Shown one piece after another: positions 29,842 through 41,226 of a stretch of DNA of 64,000 nucleotides. Within the stretch, counting starts at the first letter, position 1. Every line of letters begins with the position of its first letter. Both the position numbers and the translations under genes were made by a program. Origin of the DNA: an uncultured SAR86 cluster bacterium (GTDB taxonomy: Bacteria > Pseudomonadota > Gammaproteobacteria > Magnimaribacterales > D2472); assembly GCA_943789005.1 (NCBI GenBank), contig CALSSL010000002.1, positions 141,716 to 205,715 on the forward strand, given 5' to 3'. The notes under the pieces are model-generated. The model did no database searches. It saw only the letters and a list, made by a program, of their open reading frames with translations, and was not told where the DNA came from.

Positions 29842-31141
29842 AATTAATAGTTGCAGGTTGTTTCACTGCATAATCAATACACTTAGTTAATTTATTAAGA
29901 TCATTTATTCCTATCCAAAAAATACTCCATTCATCATATTTTTGAAATCCATCACACACGTCTTTGTAAAAATTATTTATGGCATTATTTGTTCTCGATC
30001 TCCAGAAAACTTGCTTGTGATCTGATAGCATTTTATTCCACATTGCATTACCTAGACCCTCACCTCTTGCAGAGTTAATAACTGCAAACTTATCCATATA
30101 AGCAATGTTTTGATTGTGAGAAATTACTATCGAAGCTCTATTACATGAACTAAGATAAAATTCTTTTTTATTATTCTCAAAGTATCTATTTATCAATTTT
30201 CCCTTGAATGAGGATTCAAGAATTGATGTTATTATTGTCTCCTGCTCGTGATCAAGGTTTTGATATTTATCTATTTGGTGGCCGGCTTTGACTAATGTTC
30301 CAAATCCGGCATCAGTAAAAAGCTCTCTATTTAAATGAAGTGGTTTAGTAATTGATACAGAACTATGACTTGGTAAAATATCTAAAAGCAACTTTATCTG
30401 CTGAAGCTTAAGCTTCATTCCAGAATGAAGCCAATCTTTATTCATTAATCTGTCGTAATCATCTTTAATATTAATATTTGATATTAACTTATTTGTTTCA
30501 TCAAAAATTCCTCCGATCTCACTTAGAAAGATTACTTTATCTGGTGTGATTTCTTGCGCTAGGGCGAGTGTGGCTTTATCACCATTTATATTTACTAGTT
30601 GTTTATCCTCTGTATGTCCTACTGGTGCTACGACGGGAATTCCTCCAGAGTTAATAATTTCTTTTATTTCATCAGAGTTTGTTTCTTTTATCTCTCCTAC
30701 AAAACCAAGCTCTTTATTATCAATATTGCATTTGAATAAATTCCCAATAACTGGAATAGCATTAACACCTTTATCAATAAGTGCAGATATAATTTTTTTG
30801 TTCTCACCACTAAATACTTCGAAGGCAACATCTAGAACTTCTTTTGACGTAACTCTTTGCCCATCTTTAAAAAAAAATGAAATATTTTTTCTTTTAAGCT
30901 CTTCAGATAATTTTGGTCCTCCTCCGTGAACAATAATTGGCTTTAATCCAACTTCATTTAAAAAAGCTAAAGAAGATACTAGATTATCAAGATCATTTTG
31001 AATAACTGCTCCACCAACTTTGATTACAGCAAATCTATAATCGTCAGATGAAAACCTATTCAAATATTTTCTAATTTCCTTCTCACTACTCATTCCGCTG
31101 AGAAGTTTTAGGATGGTATCTTTTTTATAACTTTTGTTCAT
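29834..31141 (-). CDS. argB: Bifunctional-type N-acetylglutamate kinase/synthase (AAK domain plus C-terminal GNAT-like domain)
   Basis: 435 aa with the kinase domain (VIKVGGAVI, IVHGGGP) and a C-terminal acetyltransferase-like domain (...ARGEGLGNAMW...), as in the Xanthomonas/Maricaulis NAGS/K type. Confidence 0.8.
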   Translation of the reverse strand: MNKSYKKDTILKLLSGMSSEKEIRKYLNRFSSDDYRFAVIKVGGAVIQNDLDNLVSSLAFLNEVGLKPIIVHGGGPKLSEELKRKNISFFFKDGQRVTSKEVLDVAFEVFSGENKKIISALIDKGVNAIPVIGNLFKCNIDNKELGFVGEIKETNSDEIKEIINSGGIPVVAPVGHTEDKQLVNINGDKATLALAQEITPDKVIFLSEIGGIFDETNKLISNINIKDDYDRLMNKDWLHSGMKLKLQQIKLLLDILPSHSSVSITKPLHLNRELFTDAGFGTLVKAGHQIDKYQNLDHEQETIITSILESSFKGKLINRYFENNKKEFYLSSCNRASIVISHNQNIAYMDKFAVINSARGEGLGNAMWNKMLSDHKQVFWRSRTNNAINNFYKDVCDGFQKYDEWSIFWIGINDLNKLTKCIDYAVKQPATINYE

Positions 31142-31142
31142 A

Positions 31143-32333
31143 TTACTTTTTATTAACTTCTGTCCATGTAGAAGTACTTTTTCCTAAAAGCTTAATAAAT
31201 CCAGCTGATTCTTCTACGCCCCATGATGCTGATTGAGCATAGATAGCATCCTTGCTGATTAAAATTTTCTTTGCGTCAACACAGACAGCGTCAGCCCTTC
31301 CAGGGCTAAGTAATACTGTAACTTTTCCACTCACTGGTTTTTGAATATCCTCAAGAAAAGTTTCAAGATTTCTAGCCAGTGGATCAAAATAAAAACCACC
31401 ATATACAAGCTCAACCCATTTTTTACCAACTGTAGGTTTAAAGAAGTTCTGTTTATCGGTAAAAATAGATTCCTCTAAAGCTCTATGCGCTTTTTGTAAT
31501 ATTGATATTCCAGGAGATTCAAAAAGAAATCTTCCCTTGATTCCTATAATAGTGTCACCAGCAAAGATTTCTCTACCTATTCCATACTTGCCACCAATTT
31601 TATTTAACATTCTTAATAAATCTGCACCTTTTATGGGTTTGCCATCTATTTTTTTAGCTTCGCCTTTTGCAAACTCAATAGTTATTTTCTTAGTTTTAGT
31701 AGGATATTTATCTGGGGTGCTACACAAGATATAGCTTTCCTTTGATGGTTCTTTCCAATCATCAATCTCTGAACCTGAGACTGTAGCACCCATCAAGTTT
31801 TCATTAATACTATATTTAGTATGCAAAGAAGAAACTTTAAAGCCTCTCTCAGTTAAATATTTCTTCTCATAGCCTCTTACATCAGAAACTTTATTTTGAA
31901 TTTCTCTTATAGGTGTGATTATTTTGTAATTTCCAAATGCTTGAATTGATAAATCAAATCTAACTTGATCATTCCCCATACCAGTACAGCCATGAGATAT
32001 ATATTTAGTATTTAGTTTTTTACAAAGCTTGATAGCTTCAGAGACAATTAAATATCTATCAGAGCAAAGCGCCGGATACTTATCCTGATAGTTTGATCCA
32101 GACCAAATAAGAGGTTTTATAATTTGATTCCAAAGTTTAAGTTCAACATTTACGTTTAAATGTTTTTTAGCTCCAAGTTCTAATGCTCTATTTGATATTT
32201 TCTTTTCCTCATTGATTGTAGTGCCTCCTGTATTAACAAAAATTGTATAAACTTCGAAACCTTGTTCTATTAAGTATGGGACACAAAAACTTGTATCCAA
32301 GCCGCCTGAAAATGCACAAACAATTTTTTTCAT
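31143..32333 (-). CDS. argG: Argininosuccinate synthase
   Basis: 396 aa with AFSGGLDTS and GCTGMGNDQVRF. Confidence 0.95.
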   Translation of the reverse strand: MKKIVCAFSGGLDTSFCVPYLIEQGFEVYTIFVNTGGTTINEEKKISNRALELGAKKHLNVNVELKLWNQIIKPLIWSGSNYQDKYPALCSDRYLIVSEAIKLCKKLNTKYISHGCTGMGNDQVRFDLSIQAFGNYKIITPIREIQNKVSDVRGYEKKYLTERGFKVSSLHTKYSINENLMGATVSGSEIDDWKEPSKESYILCSTPDKYPTKTKKITIEFAKGEAKKIDGKPIKGADLLRMLNKIGGKYGIGREIFAGDTIIGIKGRFLFESPGISILQKAHRALEESIFTDKQNFFKPTVGKKWVELVYGGFYFDPLARNLETFLEDIQKPVSGKVTVLLSPGRADAVCVDAKKILISKDAIYAQSASWGVEESAGFIKLLGKSTSTWTEVNKK

Positions 32334-32335
32334 TT

Positions 32336-33337
32336 TTATTTATCCTTTAGTAATTTAGTTAATAATGATTTTTGAACATGAATCCTATTACCAGCCTCTT
32401 GAATGGCAACACAAGAATCTGAATCCATAACCTCATCTGTTGCTTTAATATTTCTTCTTAAGGGCAAGCAATGACTAAACAAAGCATTATTAGTCATATC
32501 CATTTTTCTTTTATCAACAATAAAATGCTTAAATTTATCTCTAATAATTTTTTCCTCTTCTGGTTTGCCATAATATTTTAGAGAACCCCAGCTTTTTGCA
32601 TAAACAATATTGGCATTTGCATACCCGTAATCAATATCATGGGTAATCTCAAAACTTGTGTTATTTTGATCACAATTATGCTGAGCTTCATTAATATAGC
32701 TTTCATGCAAAATATAATCCTCAGTTGGACAAAGTAACTTCACATTCATACCAAATTTACTTGCTATCATTAATGATGAATTAGCAACCGCTGTATTCAA
32801 TGGTTTGGGATGATATGTCCAAGTTAATAGATAATCTTTACCTTTTAGATCTCCTAATTTTTCTTGCATTGTTAGAATGTGCGCCAATTCTTGGCAAGGA
32901 TGGGTAATAGTCTCCATGTTAACAACAGGTACTGATGCATATTTAGCAAAACTATTAATTACATGATCTGTTAAGTCTTCTTCTAAATTTATAAATTTTG
33001 GAAATGCTCTAATCGCTATTAAATCACAATATTCAGAAAGCACCTTTGCAACTTCTATAATATGTTCTTCTGAATCCTCGTCCATGATGGCATTTGGCTT
33101 AAATTCTATTGGCCATGCGTCTTTTCCTGGATGAAGAACAACAGCATATCCGCCTAACTCTTGAATACCTAGCTCAAAACTTGTCCTTGTTCTCATAGAA
33201 GGATTAAAAAACAATAATGCAACTGATTTATTTTTTAATGTATTTTGAAACTTGTTAACTTTAAGATCTTTTGCATGATCTAAAATGTCTTGAAGTTCAT
33301 TCTTTGTCCAATCTTTTGTTGATATAAAATTTTTCAT
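32336..33337 (-). CDS. argF': N-acyl-ornithine carbamoyltransferase (AOTCase/SOTCase type, argF')
   Basis: 333 aa with the transcarbamylase motifs SMRTRTS, HPCQ and HCLP. It has YAKSWG where classical OTCases have the DxxxSMG ornithine loop. Confidence 0.8.
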   Translation of the reverse strand: MKNFISTKDWTKNELQDILDHAKDLKVNKFQNTLKNKSVALLFFNPSMRTRTSFELGIQELGGYAVVLHPGKDAWPIEFKPNAIMDEDSEEHIIEVAKVLSEYCDLIAIRAFPKFINLEEDLTDHVINSFAKYASVPVVNMETITHPCQELAHILTMQEKLGDLKGKDYLLTWTYHPKPLNTAVANSSLMIASKFGMNVKLLCPTEDYILHESYINEAQHNCDQNNTSFEITHDIDYGYANANIVYAKSWGSLKYYGKPEEEKIIRDKFKHFIVDKRKMDMTNNALFSHCLPLRRNIKATDEVMDSDSCVAIQEAGNRIHVQKSLLTKLLKDK

Positions 33338-33352
33338 AATTCACTTTCTTTA

Positions 33353-33381
33353 AAATAAAAAAAACCCAGCAAAAGCTGGGT
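33353..33381 (-). terminator. Intrinsic terminator 16 nt upstream of the argF' start codon (end of tRNA-Leu transcription and/or arg leader attenuator)
   Basis: Minus strand: ACCCAGC-tttt-GCTGGGT (33381-33364) followed by a T8 run (33364-33357). Confidence 0.7.
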
Positions 33382-33406
33382 CTAATTCACAATAGGAAAG
33401 ATCCAG

Positions 33407-33451
33407 CTATATAGCTGAAGCCCGTCTTTCTTGTGTTAAATAGTTTCTCAT
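33407..33451 (-). promoter_or_regulatory. Candidate arg-operon leader peptide ORF (MRNYLTQERRASAI) overlapping an alternative hairpin
   Basis: ATG at 33451, tandem Arg codons AGA CGG at codons 9-10, stop TAG at 33409-33407 inside the palindrome CAGCTATATAGCTG (33417-33404). Confidence 0.3.
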
Positions 33452-33459
33452 CGCCGAGT

Positions 33460-33487
33460 AGTATATAGATATAAATGTATTTGTAAA
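33460..33487 (-). promoter_or_regulatory. Sigma-70-like promoter of the arg leader/operon
   Basis: Minus strand: TTTACA (33487-33482), 16 nt, TATACT (33465-33460). The leader ATG lies 8 nt downstream of the -10. Confidence 0.45.
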
Positions 33488-33503
33488 CTTGCTTTCTCTA
33501 AAA

Positions 33504-33588
33504 TGGTAGGGATGGAGGGAGTCGAACCCCCACGCCTTGCGGCACTTGGTTCTAAGCCAAGCGTGTCTACCAGTTCCACCACATCCCC
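33504..33588 (-). tRNA. tRNA-Leu (anticodon UAG)
   Basis: Acceptor GGGGATG/CATCCCT, anticodon stem CTTGG/CCAAG with loop CTTAGAA, long variable arm (TGCCGCAAGGCGT), T-loop TTCGACT, encoded CCA. Confidence 0.9.
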
Positions 33589-33598
33589 GGATTGAAGC

Positions 33599-33628
33599 AT
33601 TATATAGATTATTATTATGTTATGGAAA
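33599..33628 (-). promoter_or_regulatory. Sigma-70-like promoter for tRNA-Leu
   Basis: Minus strand: TTTCCA (33628-33623), 18 nt, TATAAT (33604-33599). The -10 element ends 10 nt before the tRNA 5' end. Confidence 0.35.
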
Positions 33629-33635
33629 GATTAAT

Positions 33636-34025
33636 TTACAAATTATAGTCAAGTTGATTTTTTCTAGTTTTCTGCAGCAGATATAAACTAATTGCCATAA
33701 TAGCTCCCATGATGGTACTTGCAATAGCTATGGTTGTGTAACCATCATAGATAAAACTAAAAAGCTTAGAAGCCAACATCACCGCTATTATATATAAGCA
33801 TATTGAGCCTACTTGAACTTTTGATGATGAATATAAAAATCTCATAGACAAATATCCAATAGCCGCAATAAAACCAGCATATGTTCTTGCAAAATGGGCC
33901 TCTTGAATAGTTTCTGCAACTATCGGTATAAAGATAGTATTAACATCAGGTGATAATATTGTTGTTATGCCTGCAACCAAACATAAAGCTGAAATGCAAA
34001 AAATAAAGATTTTTACCAAAATCAT
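33636..34025 (-). CDS. Small 4-TM membrane protein of unknown function
   Basis: Start MILVKIF... at 34025 overlaps the upstream gene's stop in an ATGA junction. Entirely hydrophobic. Confidence 0.55.
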   Translation of the reverse strand: MILVKIFIFCISALCLVAGITTILSPDVNTIFIPIVAETIQEAHFARTYAGFIAAIGYLSMRFLYSSSKVQVGSICLYIIAVMLASKLFSFIYDGYTTIAIASTIMGAIMAISLYLLQKTRKNQLDYNL

Positions 34026-34234
34026 ATTACACCCAGCATATATAAGGCTAAAAAGAATGACAAGACTCCTACACCCATCCAAATGTACATTTCTTTATAA
34101 TTTTTAAACTTATATGAATTTATCGCAAGAAAGCAGCAAAAAATAGGAGCCACTACCAAAACCCCATAACCAACCAAAATAGCTAGAGGAATAAATGCTA
34201 ATAAAAGAAAAATTTGTAAAAATGTTCTATTCAT
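34022..34234 (-). CDS. Small 2-TM membrane protein of unknown function (70 aa)
   Basis: ORF with two hydrophobic helices, translationally coupled (ATGA) to the next gene. Confidence 0.5.
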   Translation of the reverse strand: MNRTFLQIFLLLAFIPLAILVGYGVLVVAPIFCCFLAINSYKFKNYKEMYIWMGVGVLSFFLALYMLGVI

Positions 34235-34267
34235 AGTGTTGTAAAATTAACATTTATAATGATATTG

Positions 34268-34897
34268 TCAATTTAGAATATCTACTACCTCATCCTCTCG
34301 ATTCATTATTGATATTTCTGTTTGTATTTCTAGAATTGATTGATTAAGTTGTTTTTTGTAATTATTTAAAGCCTGGACAGAGTCATCCAAAAGCATTAAC
34401 TGTGTTTCTATAGATTTCAGCTTAATTTGCATGGTTTTTAATTCTGATAATGATGCTCTGCCCTCTTCAATAAAAGAGGTATTAGCATCTATATTTTTTT
34501 TATATTCTGATAGTAATTGATTAATGTCGTTGATTGATTTTTCAAGATCATTATTAGAAGCTGTGAGCTTTGAAATATTTACTTTATTTCTTTTATTACT
34601 CAAATCCCATAGCTTTCTTATTTCTTTGTCTAAAAATTGTATTGAAGAAGATATATCAGTAAGTGAATCATTGTTAATTTCATCAGCAATGTTCATTTGT
34701 TCTTCAATAATAGCGAGCCTATCTTCTGAAGATGTAATTTTTAAACCAATGGAATTGGAAATATAATTTTGCCAAATAGCCAAGCTTAAAATACTTATAA
34801 ACAGTAAAACGTATAAAAAGCCTCTAAATAAGCCTCCAGAATTATTTTTCTTTAAATATGCTGGAGATGTTTTGTCTGGTCTGATATCTTTATTCAT
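34268..34897 (-). CDS. Membrane-anchored coiled-coil protein of unknown function
   Basis: 209 aa with one N-terminal TM helix (GLFRGFLYVLLFISILSLAIW) followed by heptad-like, Asn/Ile/Glu-rich sequence. Confidence 0.6.
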   Translation of the reverse strand: MNKDIRPDKTSPAYLKKNNSGGLFRGFLYVLLFISILSLAIWQNYISNSIGLKITSSEDRLAIIEEQMNIADEINNDSLTDISSSIQFLDKEIRKLWDLSNKRNKVNISKLTASNNDLEKSINDINQLLSEYKKNIDANTSFIEEGRASLSELKTMQIKLKSIETQLMLLDDSVQALNNYKKQLNQSILEIQTEISIMNREDEVVDILN

Positions 34898-34956
34898 TAA
34901 AAATAATATTAAAAATTAACATACAATATATTTTACAATAACTAAAAAGAGTATAT

Positions 34957-36069
34957 ATGAATTTAGATTTTTCAGATGATCAAAAGTTTCTTCAAAGTGA
35001 GGCTAGAAAATTCCTTGAAAAAGAGGATAGCATTAAAAGAAGTAGAAAAATTTTAGATGAATCCACTTCTCTAGATGACGACCTTTGGGAAAAAATAGTT
35101 GAATTAGGATGGACAGGTATTAGAATTCCTGAGAATTTTGATGGGCTTGGGCTTGGTCATTTAGAGTTATGCGTAATTGCAGAAGAATTAGGTAGATTTC
35201 TTGCGCCTGTACCCTTTTCATCTTCTGTATATTTATTTACAGAAACAATCATCAAATATGGTAGTGAAGAACTCAAAAAAGATATTTTACCCAAGCTTGT
35301 TAGTGGGGAAGTAGTTGGCACGCTTGCAGTTACAGAAGATTTTATGGCCCCATCTTTCTCTAATATCAAGACTGAGGTTATAAATAATAAAATTAATGGG
35401 AAAAAAATTGCAGTGCCTGATGCTGGTATAGCAACTCATTCGATTGTTGTCTGCAAATCATCCAACGGAATTGATTTAAGGCTAATAGATCATAAAGATA
35501 AAAGTTTAAGCATTTCCATACAAGATACGGTGGATGGAAGTAGAGGTTACTTTTGTGTTGAGTTAGATAATACTCCGAGTATTTTAGTTGGTGATGAGGG
35601 TAATGGTTGGGAATTGTATGAGTCGATAATTAATCAAGCTGCTGTATTATTTAGTTTTGAGCAAGTGGGCGGATCTCAAGCAACACTTGATATGGCTGTA
35701 AACTATGCTAAAGAGAGGTATGCATTTGGAAAACCGATTGGTTCTTTTCAAGGAATTAAACATAAATTAGCAGATATGTATGTTGCAATAACTTTAGCGA
35801 AATCAAATTCATATTATGCTGCTTGGGCTTTATCTTCCGAATCTTCAGATCTTCCTGTTGCTGCTGCAACAGCCAGAGTTAGTGCAACAAAAGCATTTCA
35901 ATTATGCTCAAAAGAAAACATACAGACACATGGAGGCAATGGTTTTACCTGGGAGTACGACTGTCATCTTTTCTATAAAAGATCTAAATTGCTTTCATTA
36001 AATATAGGTTCACTTTCAAACTGGAAAGAAAAACTTGTTTCAAATTTAGAAAAATCAAATATTAACTAG
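34957..36069 (+). CDS. Acyl-CoA dehydrogenase family protein
   Basis: 370 aa with the ACAD fold (FQGIKHKLADMY, QTHGGNGFTWEYD). Confidence 0.85.
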   Translation: MNLDFSDDQKFLQSEARKFLEKEDSIKRSRKILDESTSLDDDLWEKIVELGWTGIRIPENFDGLGLGHLELCVIAEELGRFLAPVPFSSSVYLFTETIIKYGSEELKKDILPKLVSGEVVGTLAVTEDFMAPSFSNIKTEVINNKINGKKIAVPDAGIATHSIVVCKSSNGIDLRLIDHKDKSLSISIQDTVDGSRGYFCVELDNTPSILVGDEGNGWELYESIINQAAVLFSFEQVGGSQATLDMAVNYAKERYAFGKPIGSFQGIKHKLADMYVAITLAKSNSYYAAWALSSESSDLPVAAATARVSATKAFQLCSKENIQTHGGNGFTWEYDCHLFYKRSKLLSLNIGSLSNWKEKLVSNLEKSNIN

Positions 36070-36077
36070 GGGAAAGA

Positions 36078-38729
<2,652 letters not shown>

Positions 38730-39829
38730 CTAAACTCCTGCTTTTAGACTAGTTTTCATAAATTCATCAAGATCACCATTTAGAACGGCAGCTGTATTTC
38801 CAGTCTCATAACCGGTTCTTAGGTCTTTTATTCTAGATTGATCTAAAACATATGACCTAATTTGACTGCCCCACCCTATATCTGACTTACTTTCTTCAAG
38901 TTCTTGCCTTTCTTCATTCTGTTTCTGTAATTCTAACTCGTATAATTTAGATTTTAATTGTTTAAGTGCATTTTCTTTATTTTTATGTTGAGATCTATCG
39001 CTCTGACACTGAGCAACAACACCAGTTGGTAGTATGTGTAAGTCTTACTGCTGAATCAGTCTTATTCACATGCTGCCCGCCTGCACCAGAAGCTCTATAA
39101 GTATCGACTCTTATGTCAGCATTATTTATATTAATTTCAATAGAATCATCAACTTCTGGTGAAATAAAGACTGAGGCAAATGAGGTATGCCTTCTACTTC
39201 CTGAGTCAAAAGGTGATTTTCTAACCAGTCTATGAATCCCTGTTTCTGTTCTAAGCCATCCATAAGAGTATTCTCCACTAACATGAAGAGTTGCAGATTT
39301 AATACCAGCAACCTCACCATGCGATATTTCAGTGAGATCTATTTCAAACCCTCTACTTTCAGACCATTTTGAGTACATTCTTAAAAGCATTTCTGCCCAA
39401 TCCTGAGCTTCTGTTCCACCAGAACCAGATTGAATCTCTATATAGGCAGATGCAGGATCCATTTTATTAGTAAACATTTTACTAAATTCAAGCTCAGATA
39501 CTAATTTTTCCATACTCATGAAAGCTTTCAATGATTTCTTTTATAGATGCCTCATCTCCCTCTTCTTGTGCTATATCTATAAACATCAATCCATCTGAAA
39601 CTTTTTCTTCGGCAGATTTAAAAGATGCTAATGATTTTTCTAATGCAGTTTTTTCTTTACTTATTTTTTGTGATAACTCTAAATCTGACCAAACCTCTTC
39701 CTTAGCAAGATCTTCTTCAATTTGTTTTAGGCGATTTTCTTTTGATGAAACATCAAAAACTCCTTCTCTAATTTCATCTAAACGAAGTTTTAGGTCATTT
39801 AGACCAGATTTTAATTCACCTGCATCCAT
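38730..39829 (-). pseudogene. prfB: Peptide chain release factor 2, frame interrupted twice (about 39521-39523 and 39028-39036); neither break is the canonical programmed site
   Basis: Three frames join into a 366-codon RF2 (SPF-containing [10 protein letters not shown] in [11 protein letters not shown]). The C-terminal 100 aa (...[12 protein letters not shown]...[12 protein letters not shown]...) are readable in the third frame down to a TAG at 38730, abutting the lysS ATG. Confidence 0.93.
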
Positions 39830-39928
39830 ATTAAGAGTTATTCTTTGATAATGAAATCAAAAATTAAATCTTTTGATGCCGGGAAGTTATAGGCTCTTTC
39901 TTCATTATCAAATATTACGGAAAGACTA

Positions 39929-41224
39929 TTAGGGTATGTCTTCTAATGTTAAATTAGCATTTTTTATTACTTCAGGGAATTTAGCTGGATGAGCTGTTGA
40001 TAAAATAATAGTTTTACCTTGAATGTCTAGTGATATTCTCTCAACTGCCTCAGATGCTACCGCTGTATGAGGATCAATAAGATAATTAAACTTTTTAAAG
40101 GTATGCTTCATTGCTTCTATTGTTGAAATATCATCAACACAGTAACTCAAGAAAGATATCTTTAGATTTGTTCCACATATTTTCTTCAAGCTTAATTGGC
40201 GATGCTGGAAAATTTTCATAGAAATCTGCACACAGACTTGAGTCTCTTTCTGCATAAAAGTCATAAACTAATCTCTCAAAATTACTAGCAATGCTTATGT
40301 CCATGCTTGGCGAAATGGTCTCGCGAACTTTTGTTTTTGAATAATCATTATCAGAAAAAAATCTATGCAAAATATTATTCTTCATTTACTGCTACTAAAA
40401 TTTTATTTAAGCGGCATTCCCATTTTATGTGCAGAATAACAAGCAAATACGTTACCAAAATTTCCTGTGGGAACAGAGAAATTTAAAGGTTCGTTATAAT
40501 TTGTGATTTTTAAAGAAGCATAAAAATAATAACAAATCTGACCTATTATTCTTACCCAGTTGATAGAGTTTACAGCCAATAAAAATTGATCATCTTTTAA
40601 AAAACTTCTTTCACTGAATGCCTTTTTTACAATTGCCTGGCAGTCATCAAATGAACCATTGACTCTTAGTGTAAAAACATTAGGACTGTCGACTGTAGTC
40701 ATTTGTCTTCGCTGTACCTCAGACATATTGCCATCGGGCAGTAATATGAAGCTTTTGATAGAATCAAATCTTTTACATGCATCTATTGCAGCAGAACCAG
40801 TATCTCCTGAAGTAGCTCCAAGAACTACTGCAGTTTTACTTTGTCTTTTTAGAGACTGATTAAAAAAAGCTGCTGCTAACTGAAGGCCAAAATCCTTAAA
40901 TGCTGCTGTTGGTCCATGAAAAAGTTCTAGAACATATTTTGAATCATCTAATTGATGAATTTCGGCAAGGTTGTCTTTTCCAAAATCATGCCATGTTTTA
41001 TCTAATATATTTAAAACCTCATCATCTGAAAAAGATGATTTTGTAAAAAGTGGAACAATATGTTTTGCAATATCTAAAAATGAGTTTAATGACTTTAAAT
41101 GCTCTAAATCAACTTGTGGCCAGTTATCAGGCATAAACAATCCACCATCGTTAGCCAAGCCTTGCATAAGAACTTCTTCGAAGGTGCGTCCAGAATCATT
41201 ACCTCTTGTACTGTGAAATAGCAT
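39929..41224 (-). pseudogene. thrC: Threonine synthase, frame interrupted three times (about 40403-40410, 40376-40386, 40151)
   Basis: ORFs 40403..41224, 40134..40385 and 39929..40264 are colinear with ThrC (PLP Lys in AFKDFG, SGDTGSAA). The first and last pieces share a frame, consistent with three 1-nt insertions. Confidence 0.9.
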
Positions 41225-41226
41225 AT

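Noticed and set aside
33383-33400. TGTGAATTAGA in the arg leader as an ArgR ARG box
   Set aside because: Only one half-site-like TGAAT is present. There is no 18-bp palindrome (TGAAT-N4-ATTCA) and no tandem box.
39028-39523. prfB frame breaks as programmed +1 frameshifting
   Set aside because: They sit at about codons 103 and 266, not at about codon 26. They lack the CUU UGA C slippery/stop context and an upstream SD-like element. They also resemble the other random indels in neighbouring genes.
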